From Candidatus Brocadiia bacterium (GTDB taxonomy: Bacteria > Planctomycetota > Brocadiia > SM23-32), in NCBI GenBank assembly GCA_046538485.1, contig JBKHIT010000024.1:1-64000 (forward strand): 64,000 nucleotides of DNA. Direction: 5' to 3'. The position numbers were made by a program, and so were the translations under genes. Of the stretch, positions 20,230 through 30,338 are shown piece after piece (the first letter of the stretch is position 1; each line of letters starts with the position of its first letter). The notes beneath the pieces are model-generated. The model was not told the origin of the DNA. It saw only the letters and a program-made list of their open reading frames with translations, and made no database searches.

Positions 20230-22224
20230 CTATCTTTCGCTTTTTTTTCGGGCGAGTTTTGGGAATTCTTCGTCTTCAACGCCAAGTGCTTTCCCAACGT
20301 GACGAAGAAGCCTTTCTTCGCTTTCGTGGACGACGCCGTCAGCTTGCGCACAGAGATAGAGCCTGTGGACGAGCTGGCGGACCTGTTCGCGGGACCCCTG
20401 GAATTCACTCAACTGTATTTTTTGTGGGTTGTCGAATAAAAGCTGAAGTTCTTTGGGTTCGAGCCTTATTTGCTTGCCAATCGTTTTCAAAAAATCGATT
20501 TCTTCCTCGGTCATCTGTCCGTCCGCGCGGGTCAGGTGAACCGCGCAGTTGAACAGGAAAAAGTTTCTGCGCCAGGGATTGACAATGCTTTTTTGAGCCC
20601 TCGCAAGAAGGTCCCAATCCGGGATATCTTTGATCTCTACACCAGGAGCATTTTGCATCAGGGATTGGATCCGTTCTATACTCCGCCCGAGCGATTCGAC
20701 TACCTCAGAGAAGCTTTCATCGGTCTCCGCCTGGCGGCTTTTATCCAGCATTGCGACGGCTTTCCGCATATAGCTTCGGCCCTGCTTGGTCAGTTGGTGA
20801 AGCTTCTTGCGGTCGGCAAGAACTTGCTCGATTTCATCTTCAGAAAGCCCCCAGCTCCGGGCTATTTGCTCCAGGGCATTAAGTTCATCCTGTGATAATT
20901 CATCATCGGCAACAGCACAGAGGTAGAGTTTTTCAACCACAGCGCGGGCTTCTTCAGCTGTGCCATCGAACTGTTCTTCCTCGAGTTTGTTACTTTCGGC
21001 AACCAGCTTCTCTGCTTCCTCTGCTGACAGGTGGATGTGGGTCGCAAGTGCATTGAGGAAATCTTCTTCATCAACTTTCATTTCCCCATCGGCATTCGCC
21101 ACCCGTGCGGCACATTTGAACAGGAATCGATTTCTGTTATGGGGTCGAAGAATATGCTCACGAGCTGCGCGTACAAGAGCGGTTGAAGGCAAATTGGGAC
21201 GGTCTGCCCCGGGGATGTCGGAGACGAGAGCGGCAATTTGCCGGCAAAGTGAGTCGAGTTCTTTTACGTTTTTCTCAAGCGAGGCCGACTGCCCTTCCGC
21301 CTTCGCCGTTCTGTCACCTTCGAGTCTTTCAACAGCTTTTTTTAAACTCTTACGCAATTTTCGTGTAATCAGCCCAAGCTTCTCGATTTTTTCCGCTGTG
21401 GCGTCGTCAAATTGATCCAATGCCTGTCTGCGTTTGCCTTCGATTTTTGATCGGATCACGGAACGTTCTTTGGCGATTTCTTTACGGAATTTAATGTGCT
21501 CGAGTTCGTAAAGTTGATCGCTTAAGTCGCGTAGCCGGAAGAACGCACGCAGGGGATCAGTCTCGGGGGTGGTTTCTTCAACGGCGTTTCGAATGTCGGC
21601 AATTTTCCGAGAGAGTCGGATTTCAGCGGTCTTACTTCCCGTTTTGTCGCGGTCCGGGAGCACGTCTTCTTGCGCTGCGATCAAACCTTTAAGATCTTTG
21701 ACATCCTGAGAGTCGCTGAGACGGACGAACACGCTGGCCAGACTCGCGCCTTTTCTGTCCTCTTCCAGGGATTTCAAGGCTCCCATCGGTTTGTTAGCCC
21801 GATCGCGCGAGCGGAGCCGCCAGGCGTCGTCGTCGGATTTTTTGACAACAAAATCCCCGAGACCGGCAAGTTTTTCCCAGTCTTCCGGTTCCACTTCGAC
21901 GAAGCGAACACCGGTTTCGTAGGGGAAGCGCCCTTTCCGCGAACGAGACCACTGGATCTCTCCGCGCAGATCGACCGATGGGCGTCTGGGTCCAAAGTCA
22001 ATACCGAGATCAACTCGTTCTCCCGTTTTGAATTCGCGGTCTGATAGAAACCGGCAGCCGGTCGGACTTATATCCTGGACCGGTGTGGGTTTCCCGGATT
22101 TGCTGGCATTTCCGCGTCCAAGCAGATTATGAAGAAAACCTGTTTTTCGGCAGTCAATAAAAACGTTTCGACACTCCGTGCGATCGGAGGTCCGATGTTC
22201 CTCTGGCTTTTGAGTTTCGTTCAT
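20230..22224 (-). CDS. PilZ - coiled coil - tandem TerB-like domain protein
   Basis: RTSDR and DISPTG PilZ motifs; four TerB-like segments (ADGE...EE, ADDE...DE, ADGQ...EE, ADGV...EE). Start chosen at ATG 22224; the ORF extends to 22260. Confidence 0.75.
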   Translation of the reverse strand: MNETQKPEEHRTSDRTECRNVFIDCRKTGFLHNLLGRGNASKSGKPTPVQDISPTGCRFLSDREFKTGERVDLGIDFGPRRPSVDLRGEIQWSRSRKGRFPYETGVRFVEVEPEDWEKLAGLGDFVVKKSDDDAWRLRSRDRANKPMGALKSLEEDRKGASLASVFVRLSDSQDVKDLKGLIAAQEDVLPDRDKTGSKTAEIRLSRKIADIRNAVEETTPETDPLRAFFRLRDLSDQLYELEHIKFRKEIAKERSVIRSKIEGKRRQALDQFDDATAEKIEKLGLITRKLRKSLKKAVERLEGDRTAKAEGQSASLEKNVKELDSLCRQIAALVSDIPGADRPNLPSTALVRAAREHILRPHNRNRFLFKCAARVANADGEMKVDEEDFLNALATHIHLSAEEAEKLVAESNKLEEEQFDGTAEEARAVVEKLYLCAVADDELSQDELNALEQIARSWGLSEDEIEQVLADRKKLHQLTKQGRSYMRKAVAMLDKSRQAETDESFSEVVESLGRSIERIQSLMQNAPGVEIKDIPDWDLLARAQKSIVNPWRRNFFLFNCAVHLTRADGQMTEEEIDFLKTIGKQIRLEPKELQLLFDNPQKIQLSEFQGSREQVRQLVHRLYLCAQADGVVHESEERLLRHVGKALGVEDEEFPKLARKKSER

Positions 22225-22738
22225 GTGTGGAGCCTTTCCTGCAATGCAACGCTGCCCCAATGTGGGTCGTTGTGTAAACGAACACTTTCCCCGCTGAAAT
22301 TTGGGAAAAATAGAAAAAGAAGACTATCCCCTCTCTCAAATAACCAAGTATAACCTAGATAAAAGCGGGATTCAAGTTTATGGGCAACTTTGTATTGCAG
22401 GTCTGTTCTTTTGAAAAATCTGTGTCGCGAAAAAAGGCTGAGTGGCGTGACAAAAATATCTAAGTTTTACTTTTTGTTTTCAGACCCTGGCGTGCCACAT
22501 AAGTAAAGCCTGAGACTTATCTAAGACCGCTTAGTGCGGCAGAAGCAGCACAAAGTGGAAAACGAACGCGAGTTTCAATCGTCAGTACATGTATGCTTGA
22601 CAAATCCTCTGATTATGGCACAATAATTTTAGATTATTTTAGTTATTGTAATGTGTTCGGGAGGTACCTCTCTCATAGTGCGGCTATCCAGCGCCGAACT
22701 ATCCTCTCCTTCTGTTCCTCCTGCCCCCTGAGTGATAG

Positions 22739-24772
22739 ATGCCCGAAGATTTCCCTTTCCTGCTGCCCACAGATAAAGCCAGGCCGGTTAAGAGTATTCG
22801 TCCCTGTGAGCACGTATGCTGTGTGGCCAGTCCGGAGCGAGCAGCAGAAAGTGTCTTTTTCCCGTATGTTCTTCATGGGCATAATTGCGGGCAAAAAGTA
22901 ATGCTTGTGGCCAATTCCCCGCTGTTGTCTTTGTTGAGTAGCAAGATGAAAGAACAGGGGCTGGATTTGCTTGCATGGCAGGAATCGGGGCAGCTTGCTA
23001 TTGTTGCGCCGGCAGATTTTTATCGGCCCAACGGCCATTTCGAGCGGGATGTTGTGGAAAAAAATATTTCGGAAGCCGTGGCCGACGCGCGAGACGAGGG
23101 ATACGATCATCTATATTGGGCGGGTGATTCTTCGTGGATAGGCACAACAAAAGGCGCATTTGGAAGTTTCAGGGGTTATGAGGCGTGTCTGACTGAAATT
23201 GCTCAGAAAGAAGACGTCACTTTTTTATGCTATTACAATCCCGCTACTGTCCAGACAGATAATCTCGCCGGTATAGTCCGTGTGCATCCTTTTATTGCGG
23301 CAGACGGGAAGATTTACAGAAACAAAGCTTTTCTGCCGACAGCTGATTTTCTTGCGGCCGAAAAAAGTCGGAGCCGTGTGAAAAAATGGCTGGCGGGAAT
23401 GAAGAAACCCGGAATGGCTGATAGGCTGGGAAATCAGAAGACTGAACTTCCCGAAATATTTGAGAGTATGTCGGAAATGGTGATGCTTTATGATTCCGAT
23501 CTTAACGTTCAGTGGGCGAATGAAGCAGCATTGGCACGGGTCGATGGGGAACTTGAAGATCTGCTGAACCGCAAATGTTATTCAGTGTGGCAAAACCGCA
23601 ATAAGCCCTGTGAAAAATGCCCTGTCCGGGATGCTATCAAAACAGGCGAATCTCAGACGGGGGAGAAGTCTCTTGCCAATCGTACATACTTTCTTCGTGC
23701 CCATCCGATGTTGAAGCCTGACGGGAACGTAGCGGGTGTAGTCGAGTACGCTCTTGAAATTACCGAGCAAAAGAAGGCGCAAAGAAAGCTGCGACGGGAA
23801 AGATATTTTCGCCGCGCCTTGATCGAAGAATCTCCGGCCTTTTATGTGGCCATTTCGGCTGATGGCAAAATTTTGACAATGAACGAATCGATGCGGCGGC
23901 AATTCGGATACGAAGAAGAAAAAGTCAGGGGACGGGATTATATCAAGACCTTTGTTCCGGAAGAGGACAGGGAAAAACTGGAGGAAGTTTTCGAACGGAT
24001 TGTTCAGGAAGGAGACAGTGTAGTTACGGTCAATCGTGTAAAAAGCCGCGATGGCCATAGGTCGATCGTTAAGTGGCATGGCACGCCAGTTTTCGACGAT
24101 AATGGGGATCTGGAATTTTTCTTTGGAGTGGGTTTGGATGTCACGGAGACTCGTCTTGCGGAGAGGGCATTGGGCAGCAGTCTCGAACAGCTGAGGGGCG
24201 TTTTAAAACAGACAGTCGAAGCTCTGGCATCAACGGTGGAAATCCGGGATCCTTACACTGCCGATCACCAAAGACGCGTCGCTCAACTGGCCTGTGCGAT
24301 CGCGCAGAAAATGGGTTTCTCCCTCGATAGAATTGAGGGTATCAATGTTGCCGCAACGGTGCATGATTTGGGGAAACTACAGGTTCCGGCGGCGATCCTC
24401 GGGAAACCGACTGAACTCGATGAGAGCGAATACGCGCTGGTTAAAACACACTCTGATGTGGGGTACCAGATGTTGGATCCCGTTGATTTTCCCTGGCCCG
24501 TCGCGCAGGTGATCCGCCAGCACCACGAGCGAATGGATGGATCGGGCTATCCACGGGGGATAAAAGGACATGAAATGCTTCCTGAGGCACGTATCCTTGC
24601 TGTGGCCGACGTGGTAGAGGCCATGTCTTCTCACCGCCCCTATCGTCCGGCAAAAGGTGTTGATAAAGCTCTGGAAGTGATTTTTGAAGGGGAGGGTAAC
24701 CTTTTCGATGATGAGGCTGTGGAAGCTTGCATCGCGATTTTCCGTTCGGGCGAATTTAAGTTTCGCGATTAG
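22739..24772 (+). CDS. MEDS-like sensor - PAS - PAS - HD-GYP cyclic dinucleotide phosphodiesterase
   Basis: RDPYTADHQ, HDLGK, HHERMDGSGYPRG, HRPYR; two PAS-like segments; the N-terminus resembles MEDS (EHVCC...FLCYYN). Confidence 0.88.
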   Translation: MPEDFPFLLPTDKARPVKSIRPCEHVCCVASPERAAESVFFPYVLHGHNCGQKVMLVANSPLLSLLSSKMKEQGLDLLAWQESGQLAIVAPADFYRPNGHFERDVVEKNISEAVADARDEGYDHLYWAGDSSWIGTTKGAFGSFRGYEACLTEIAQKEDVTFLCYYNPATVQTDNLAGIVRVHPFIAADGKIYRNKAFLPTADFLAAEKSRSRVKKWLAGMKKPGMADRLGNQKTELPEIFESMSEMVMLYDSDLNVQWANEAALARVDGELEDLLNRKCYSVWQNRNKPCEKCPVRDAIKTGESQTGEKSLANRTYFLRAHPMLKPDGNVAGVVEYALEITEQKKAQRKLRRERYFRRALIEESPAFYVAISADGKILTMNESMRRQFGYEEEKVRGRDYIKTFVPEEDREKLEEVFERIVQEGDSVVTVNRVKSRDGHRSIVKWHGTPVFDDNGDLEFFFGVGLDVTETRLAERALGSSLEQLRGVLKQTVEALASTVEIRDPYTADHQRRVAQLACAIAQKMGFSLDRIEGINVAATVHDLGKLQVPAAILGKPTELDESEYALVKTHSDVGYQMLDPVDFPWPVAQVIRQHHERMDGSGYPRGIKGHEMLPEARILAVADVVEAMSSHRPYRPAKGVDKALEVIFEGEGNLFDDEAVEACIAIFRSGEFKFRD

Positions 24773-24794
24773 TCGAGACGGCCAAGAAATCCTG

Positions 24795-25235
24795 TCAGGA
24801 ATCGCTGCCGCTCGTGTAGTTGAAGATAGCTCGCAGACAACCTTTGATTCGCGGCTCTGCCTCTTCGAGCTCCTTTTTTTCGCCGACGATTGCATTCAGC
24901 TCGGTGTCGTCCAGCCAGAATCCAAAACAGTTCTCACACCGGTCCACACGAACGGGATTAACAAACGTGTAGGTTTGTTCCCGCAGGCGATTTCCACATC
25001 GAGGGCAACGCATGTACCCGTCGGGCTCAGAAGTTTCAACTTTGGGGTCACCGTATTTTTCCTCAAGGACTTCTTCGATCTCCGAGACCGCTGACTCCTG
25101 AATTTTTTCCAGTTCACCCCGGTCAAACCAAATACCATCGCATTTGTGGCATTTGTCCAGTTCGAGCCCCAGAATTTCTACGTTGCTCAGAATTGTTCCG
25201 TCGCGTGGACATTTCATTTTTGCCTCCACATCCAT
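24795..25235 (-). CDS. Tandem zf-TFIIB-like zinc ribbon protein
   Basis: Two repeats: CPRD...CHKCDGIWFDRGEL and CPRC...CENCFGFWLDDTEL. Confidence 0.8.
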   Translation of the reverse strand: MDVEAKMKCPRDGTILSNVEILGLELDKCHKCDGIWFDRGELEKIQESAVSEIEEVLEEKYGDPKVETSEPDGYMRCPRCGNRLREQTYTFVNPVRVDRCENCFGFWLDDTELNAIVGEKKELEEAEPRIKGCLRAIFNYTSGSDS

Positions 25236-25435
25236 TTGAACAGGTCTCAGGAGAAACGATGATACGTCGTCAGAGCTGGCTTTGCAAATCGCAGTTACGT
25301 CGAATCGCCACTAATTTCAGACTGTCGTTTGAATGGAACTCGGGATTTCTGACAAAAACTGGAAATCTTTGCAATGACGGGGGGGAAGCATTAAACTGTA
25401 CATGTGAGAAGGTACGATATTCGCGCCCATAAATC

Positions 25436-25672
25436 ATGGTTGTATTAGACCTTGTGAGAGAACTCGATGGTGAAATGAAAGAATTCTTCGAGCGAATCCG
25501 TAATTTTGCGGAAAACTGTCGCGGTCAAATGGTGGCAGAATACAGCGTATTAATGTGGTTTTCCACGCTGTTGGGAGCCGCCGCTCTGGTGACAGTTTTT
25601 TTTGCGTTCGAAGAGAGTATAATCAATTACTACGAGAATATCGTTAAAATAATATGCCTGCCGGTTCCGTGA
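25436..25672 (+). CDS. Flp-like minor pilin
   Basis: RG|QMVAEY prepilin motif, hydrophobic helix, C-terminal LPVP. The start may be ATG 25475. Confidence 0.72.
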   Translation: MVVLDLVRELDGEMKEFFERIRNFAENCRGQMVAEYSVLMWFSTLLGAAALVTVFFAFEESIINYYENIVKIICLPVP

Positions 25673-25709
25673 ACCGGTTACATAGAGTCTCAGAGAGGAG
25701 AGGAAACAA

Positions 25710-25964
25710 ATGAGAAAGATATTGGACAGGTTCAAGAAGCTGGCGCGGAAAGGCCAGACCACGAGCGAATATGTCATTATCCTGGCACTGGTTGCTCTTG
25801 GAAGCATCGCGGTTATCCTGTTGTTTGGTAACCAGGTCCGTGCGCTCTTCGGCGCCGGAACGCGACAGCTCGCCGGAGAAGAGGCAGAACTGGATACCAG
25901 CTACGCCGATGATAGCTCGGAAGCGGAACAGGTCGAGGATATGTCGGACGCTTTCAGCGAATAG
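25710..25964 (+). CDS. flp: Flp family major pilin
   Basis: Strong RBS (GAGGAGAGG), RKG|QTTSEYVIILALVA Flp motif, acidic tail. Confidence 0.9.
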   Translation: MRKILDRFKKLARKGQTTSEYVIILALVALGSIAVILLFGNQVRALFGAGTRQLAGEEAELDTSYADDSSEAEQVEDMSDAFSE

Positions 25965-26090
25965 AACCGGCGAATTCTCTATGTGCCCGACCCGGAACAT
26001 TGGCACGATGTCTCCCCGGAGAAGTTGGCATTTCTTCTGAGGGGGTAAAACATATTCGCGTTCCGGCATACTGTTCGGGGAGTCCCTGAA

Positions 26091-26663
26091 ATGGTTCTGG
26101 CACGGCATTTCCTGCTATTCGCATTGCTGATAATCTGTGTCTACACCGATCTGGCTTCGGGCAAAATTTACAATTGGTGCACTTTCCCGGCTCTGTTTGT
26201 GGGAGTGTTGACCAACTACGTGATCGGAGGATTTACGGAAGGCGGCTGGACGGGGATGAATCTGGTAAGTTCCGCAGCAGGTATAATTCTCGTTCTGGCC
26301 GTTTTTGGCTGGCCTTATCTTCGTGGTGGTATCGCAGCCGGTGACGTGAAACTGATGCTTGCTGTTGGTGGCATCGGAGGGATGCATGAACTATACAGCA
26401 TCTATGCGGTTTTCTACAGCGTTCTTGTGGGCGCGTTGATGGCATTTCTGCTTTTTGTTTGGAAGGGCCGCCTCTGGCAGGGCTTGAAAGGTTCGTTTCG
26501 TTATGCGTTCAGCACCGGAAAAGTAAAAGGAGAAAACTCTGAAGATCCCGGTGAGACTGAAGAATCTGAGAATTCTTTTACGGGCCTGACAATCCCCTAC
26601 GGATTCGCGATCGCGGTTGGCAGCGTAATTGCATGGTACCTGGTTGAAGTTCCTGAAATGTAA
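26091..26663 (+). CDS. cpaA: Prepilin peptidase A24 (TadV/CpaA)
   Basis: YTDL...KIYN, AAGDVKL, IPYGFAI; adjacent to pilins. Confidence 0.9.
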   Translation: MVLARHFLLFALLIICVYTDLASGKIYNWCTFPALFVGVLTNYVIGGFTEGGWTGMNLVSSAAGIILVLAVFGWPYLRGGIAAGDVKLMLAVGGIGGMHELYSIYAVFYSVLVGALMAFLLFVWKGRLWQGLKGSFRYAFSTGKVKGENSEDPGETEESENSFTGLTIPYGFAIAVGSVIAWYLVEVPEM

Positions 26664-26692
26664 AGCGCCGCCAACCCTTTTCGATCGCTGTT

Positions 26693-27463
26693 GTGGCACG
26701 CTCACGGCGCGAGAAAGGAGCGAAAAGGGTGAACAAGGTGATTGAAAACTCAAACAGTGTTGGAAAAACAATGTCGGATAATCCAACACATGTTGTGTTT
26801 TCCAACACTTCTGGGGAAGCGAAGAATCGGCCCGGTTTCCCCCCGGCCGGGCTGGAAGGAGGGCAGGCGATTGCGGAATTCGCAATCGCCTTCCCCCTTC
26901 AACTTTTGATTATGTTTGCTATCATGCAGCTGGCGCTGATCTATGTGGGCAAGCAGGTGACGATCTACGCTTCCTATAGCGCCGCCAGGTCCGCTTTAGT
27001 TGCCGATAGCCCCGCCGATGCCTACCGCCGCGCCCATTTTTCCGCTGCACTCGTCTGTTCTCCCGTCACAGGCCCCACTGTGCGAGGCGGGAACGTCAGC
27101 CCGGCAGAATTTGCTGCGGCCAGGATGGAGGTTCCTGGATGGGGGGAGATTAAGAACAGCGGAGTCTCCAGACGGATGAAAACGCATGTTAGAACTATTA
27201 CGTTTATTCCCGATTGGGAAAACCGGCGTGAAGTCAGCGTAACGGTTACACATTATTTCGAGCTCACGCTTCCTGTGGTAAGCTGGGCATTTGATTGGCT
27301 GCACCGATGGAAAGCGCCAACTATCGAGGATGCGACGGGACGAGAGGGCTCGGTCGCTGTTGCCGATGAGCTTAACTTCGAAGAAGATACGGGCATTTGG
27401 AACGTTGATGCACCCCACATGAGATTGCGAGAACATACGCGGCTTGCTATCCCCGGCCGATAG
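26693..27463 (+). CDS. TadE-like pseudopilin
   Basis: G|QAIAEFAIAFP...YSAARS. The true start is uncertain (possibly 26771). Confidence 0.82.
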   Translation: MARSRREKGAKRVNKVIENSNSVGKTMSDNPTHVVFSNTSGEAKNRPGFPPAGLEGGQAIAEFAIAFPLQLLIMFAIMQLALIYVGKQVTIYASYSAARSALVADSPADAYRRAHFSAALVCSPVTGPTVRGGNVSPAEFAAARMEVPGWGEIKNSGVSRRMKTHVRTITFIPDWENRREVSVTVTHYFELTLPVVSWAFDWLHRWKAPTIEDATGREGSVAVADELNFEEDTGIWNVDAPHMRLREHTRLAIPGR

Positions 27464-27497
27464 ATGCCGTTGGAATGAATGGTAAGGAGAGACCAGA

Positions 27498-30338
27498 TTG
27501 AAGGAATTGAGTAAAAAACTCAAGACTCTCTACAAAGGGGAAGACGGTCAATCCCTGGTGTTCGGGGTTATGACAATCTTTCTGGTCCTGTTTTTCGCGG
27601 CCATGGTAATGGGAGTCGGACGGGTGGCGGCCCGGCGAATTCAGATGCAGTTTGCTGCTGATGCTGCCGCTTATAGCGCCGCGACCGCCGAAAGCGAATG
27701 TCTCAATGCAATATCTCTGATCAATAAAGCGATGGCCCAGGTGCGTGCCCGCTCTCTGCGCTATGTCTCCGATACCTACGCATATGGGTCTCTGAACGAG
27801 CTTCGGGAAAAAGCGACGGAACTGCAAACACTGGCGGATCAGCTTTCTGAACAAATTGAGGATTTGGAGCAACAGCGCGATGCAGAGACGAACCCGGACG
27901 CCAGGGCTGCTCTGGAGGAACAGATTGATATGCTCCAGAAAGAGCTGAGTCTCATCGAGGAAACGACAGGTGGAGAGGCGCCCCCTTCGGGACCAGGCAC
28001 CGATCCCGACTGGGTTCGCGAAATCGTCGGAATAGATCGGGCCGATCTGGAGTATCAAGACGCGCTTCAGACAAGCGAGGATTGGTTGCCAGCGGCCGGA
28101 CGATGGACGCGGGAGCTATCACGGCTCGAACATACAATCGCCATTCTCGCGCCATACCTGTCATCCGAGACGGCTTACGCGGTCGCTCAGAAAAATGGCG
28201 CTGAATACGTCTCTGTTTTTCCCTGCTCTCGCTGGCTCCCGAGAGATGATGCCTACCTCAATGTGGAAGTGTTCCATCCTAATGATGAATGCTGGCGAGT
28301 TCAGGGGGGCGATACCCAACTCGAAGTGTGTACGGAGGATCCGCAAGCTTGGGAAATAACATGGAGGCGCGGCGCCAGTATAGAAGGCCGCTACAGAGTG
28401 GAGCGGCAGGGGGAACACAAGTGGTATCTTTACGATTATATCCGGGATAGCTCTGTATGGATTGACCAAACCACCGAAATAAATGTGGTGACGTGGGGCC
28501 CGGAAGGCATCGAAGTCATACAACATGACGGTTTCATGGAGCTCATAAATGAAAATGGAACACCTCCCAACAATAGACTTTTCGTCCGGCGCATTGAAGG
28601 TGATGATGTGGGGGGCGGGTTGCGCTGGGATGAAGAAGAACAGGCCTGGGTTGAGGGAGGTCCGGCAACGGGGGGAGTAATCGAAATGGTGCCGGGGGAA
28701 GAAGTGCCGGCCGGGGAATTACCGGACGATGACGATTTCAGCCCCTTGCCCTCGCCTGACGTGTCGGTCGATGGCGTTGCGGTGACTGTCAATGTCGATC
28801 CGGTAATTCCGCTGCCAGGCAGTGCCATGGTACATTTGCGACATCCTCCGTTTATCTCTCTTACCGACCGTGGCAATCGCGAGTGGGGTCGAGTATATCT
28901 GTATGAAACTACATATTTTACTGCGAATATTAACGGCGTTCATGCCGAAGTTCGGAGCGGGAAAGTAGATTTGCGGAACCGGGGAGAGAATTTTAATACG
29001 AATCATGCGACGGGGCGTTGGCGAACGCATTTTGACCGGGTGGAAGAATACTGGTGGCAGCACCGTTTCACTGAAGTAACCGACGATTACTACTGGTTGT
29101 ATGAGTACATGGAATTTGGAGCGCGGCTCCAGCCGGAGACAAATTACACCCGTCTGATGGGCCACCGTGATGTTGATGATTCTGCCATGCCTAACAGTGA
29201 GGTGGCAGAAGCAGATTACATGCCGTTCTGGTGTTATGATTCTGACAGCCAACCAGAAGGATGGATCGGTGCGAACAACGGATTGCTCCTGCCCGCCAGT
29301 AACGACGATGAATACGCATACGAAGGGTACTGGGTCGAATTGGTGGATGAAGAAGAGGATATCGTTCATAGCAAATACCATCAGGTGAGGGAATGCTGGA
29401 ATCCTTTTTGCCTCGACGGTATGCTCGACATGGACGGGGACGGCCAAGCAGATGATCTGGACAACGACGGGGTCCCTGATCTGGAGTGCGGGACGTGTGA
29501 TGGCAAAGGCTACGTGGTGATAGGCGGGGAGCAGGTCAATTTCCCGCGGGAAGATGTGCCTTTAAATCTGAATTTTCTGAACGAATATCGGCCGTTGGTG
29601 TTGTCTGAAGATTTCTTCAAATTCGGCGTCACCGTTGGCGTGTGGCACCGGCGTGAAAGCCATTTTCCGGCAGATAACACTTCCGAAGCTCCTCAAAGAC
29701 CCCTTGAATATATGCTTCACGATCCTTCCCCGGGTTTGCGGGGCTTGATGGAAGGCCCGCAGCAACAAACAGCTCGTGAGCGAGGCCAGATACTAAAACC
29801 TGAGTGGGGCTATTTTGCCGTCGCCGGAGCCCGCACAGAACTCGTCACGCCCGGCGCTGCCGATGGACCAGGTGGGCTTGAAGAGGGATGTTATTTCTCG
29901 AATACAACCGAAAGAGAAATGTGGATCGAGGAAAATATGAATAATCTTTATGCCCGGGATTATGCGACAGGCTGGTCATACTGGCGCGCAAGACTGTTCC
30001 CCCTCGATAAACAGGTGCTTGATGAAGATGTGTTGTTGGGGCAGTCTGGAGAGGCCGAAACGGGAATAGGCTGGTTAATGCGGCGAATTGCGTATGGATC
30101 CCCGGGAGGAAGAGAACGGACTCGCCAGGCCAATTTGCCGGTCTGGTACAGTTACGGGCGCCGCCACGGTCATGTTTCGGGTTGGTCGAAGAACATGTAT
30201 GGTCACTACGACCAGTCGTATCCGCCTGAACGCATCCGGCAGGATTTGTTGGAACAGATGCGGGGACCAAGCGTGCAACCGGGTAGCGGAAATCAGTTCG
30301 ATTACAATCAACTCGACGACGAACAGGTATTTCACTGA
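27498..30338 (+). CDS. Large TadG-like pseudopilin (946 aa)
   Basis: G|QSLVF...MQFAADAAAYSAA Tad N-terminal motif; AAGGAG RBS before the TTG start. Confidence 0.82.
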   Translation: MKELSKKLKTLYKGEDGQSLVFGVMTIFLVLFFAAMVMGVGRVAARRIQMQFAADAAAYSAATAESECLNAISLINKAMAQVRARSLRYVSDTYAYGSLNELREKATELQTLADQLSEQIEDLEQQRDAETNPDARAALEEQIDMLQKELSLIEETTGGEAPPSGPGTDPDWVREIVGIDRADLEYQDALQTSEDWLPAAGRWTRELSRLEHTIAILAPYLSSETAYAVAQKNGAEYVSVFPCSRWLPRDDAYLNVEVFHPNDECWRVQGGDTQLEVCTEDPQAWEITWRRGASIEGRYRVERQGEHKWYLYDYIRDSSVWIDQTTEINVVTWGPEGIEVIQHDGFMELINENGTPPNNRLFVRRIEGDDVGGGLRWDEEEQAWVEGGPATGGVIEMVPGEEVPAGELPDDDDFSPLPSPDVSVDGVAVTVNVDPVIPLPGSAMVHLRHPPFISLTDRGNREWGRVYLYETTYFTANINGVHAEVRSGKVDLRNRGENFNTNHATGRWRTHFDRVEEYWWQHRFTEVTDDYYWLYEYMEFGARLQPETNYTRLMGHRDVDDSAMPNSEVAEADYMPFWCYDSDSQPEGWIGANNGLLLPASNDDEYAYEGYWVELVDEEEDIVHSKYHQVRECWNPFCLDGMLDMDGDGQADDLDNDGVPDLECGTCDGKGYVVIGGEQVNFPREDVPLNLNFLNEYRPLVLSEDFFKFGVTVGVWHRRESHFPADNTSEAPQRPLEYMLHDPSPGLRGLMEGPQQQTARERGQILKPEWGYFAVAGARTELVTPGAADGPGGLEEGCYFSNTTEREMWIEENMNNLYARDYATGWSYWRARLFPLDKQVLDEDVLLGQSGEAETGIGWLMRRIAYGSPGGRERTRQANLPVWYSYGRRHGHVSGWSKNMYGHYDQSYPPERIRQDLLEQMRGPSVQPGSGNQFDYNQLDDEQVFH

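Noticed and set aside
20230..21400. Tellurite-resistance (ter) operon
   Set aside because: Only TerB-like domains within one fusion protein; no terC, terD or terZ genes.
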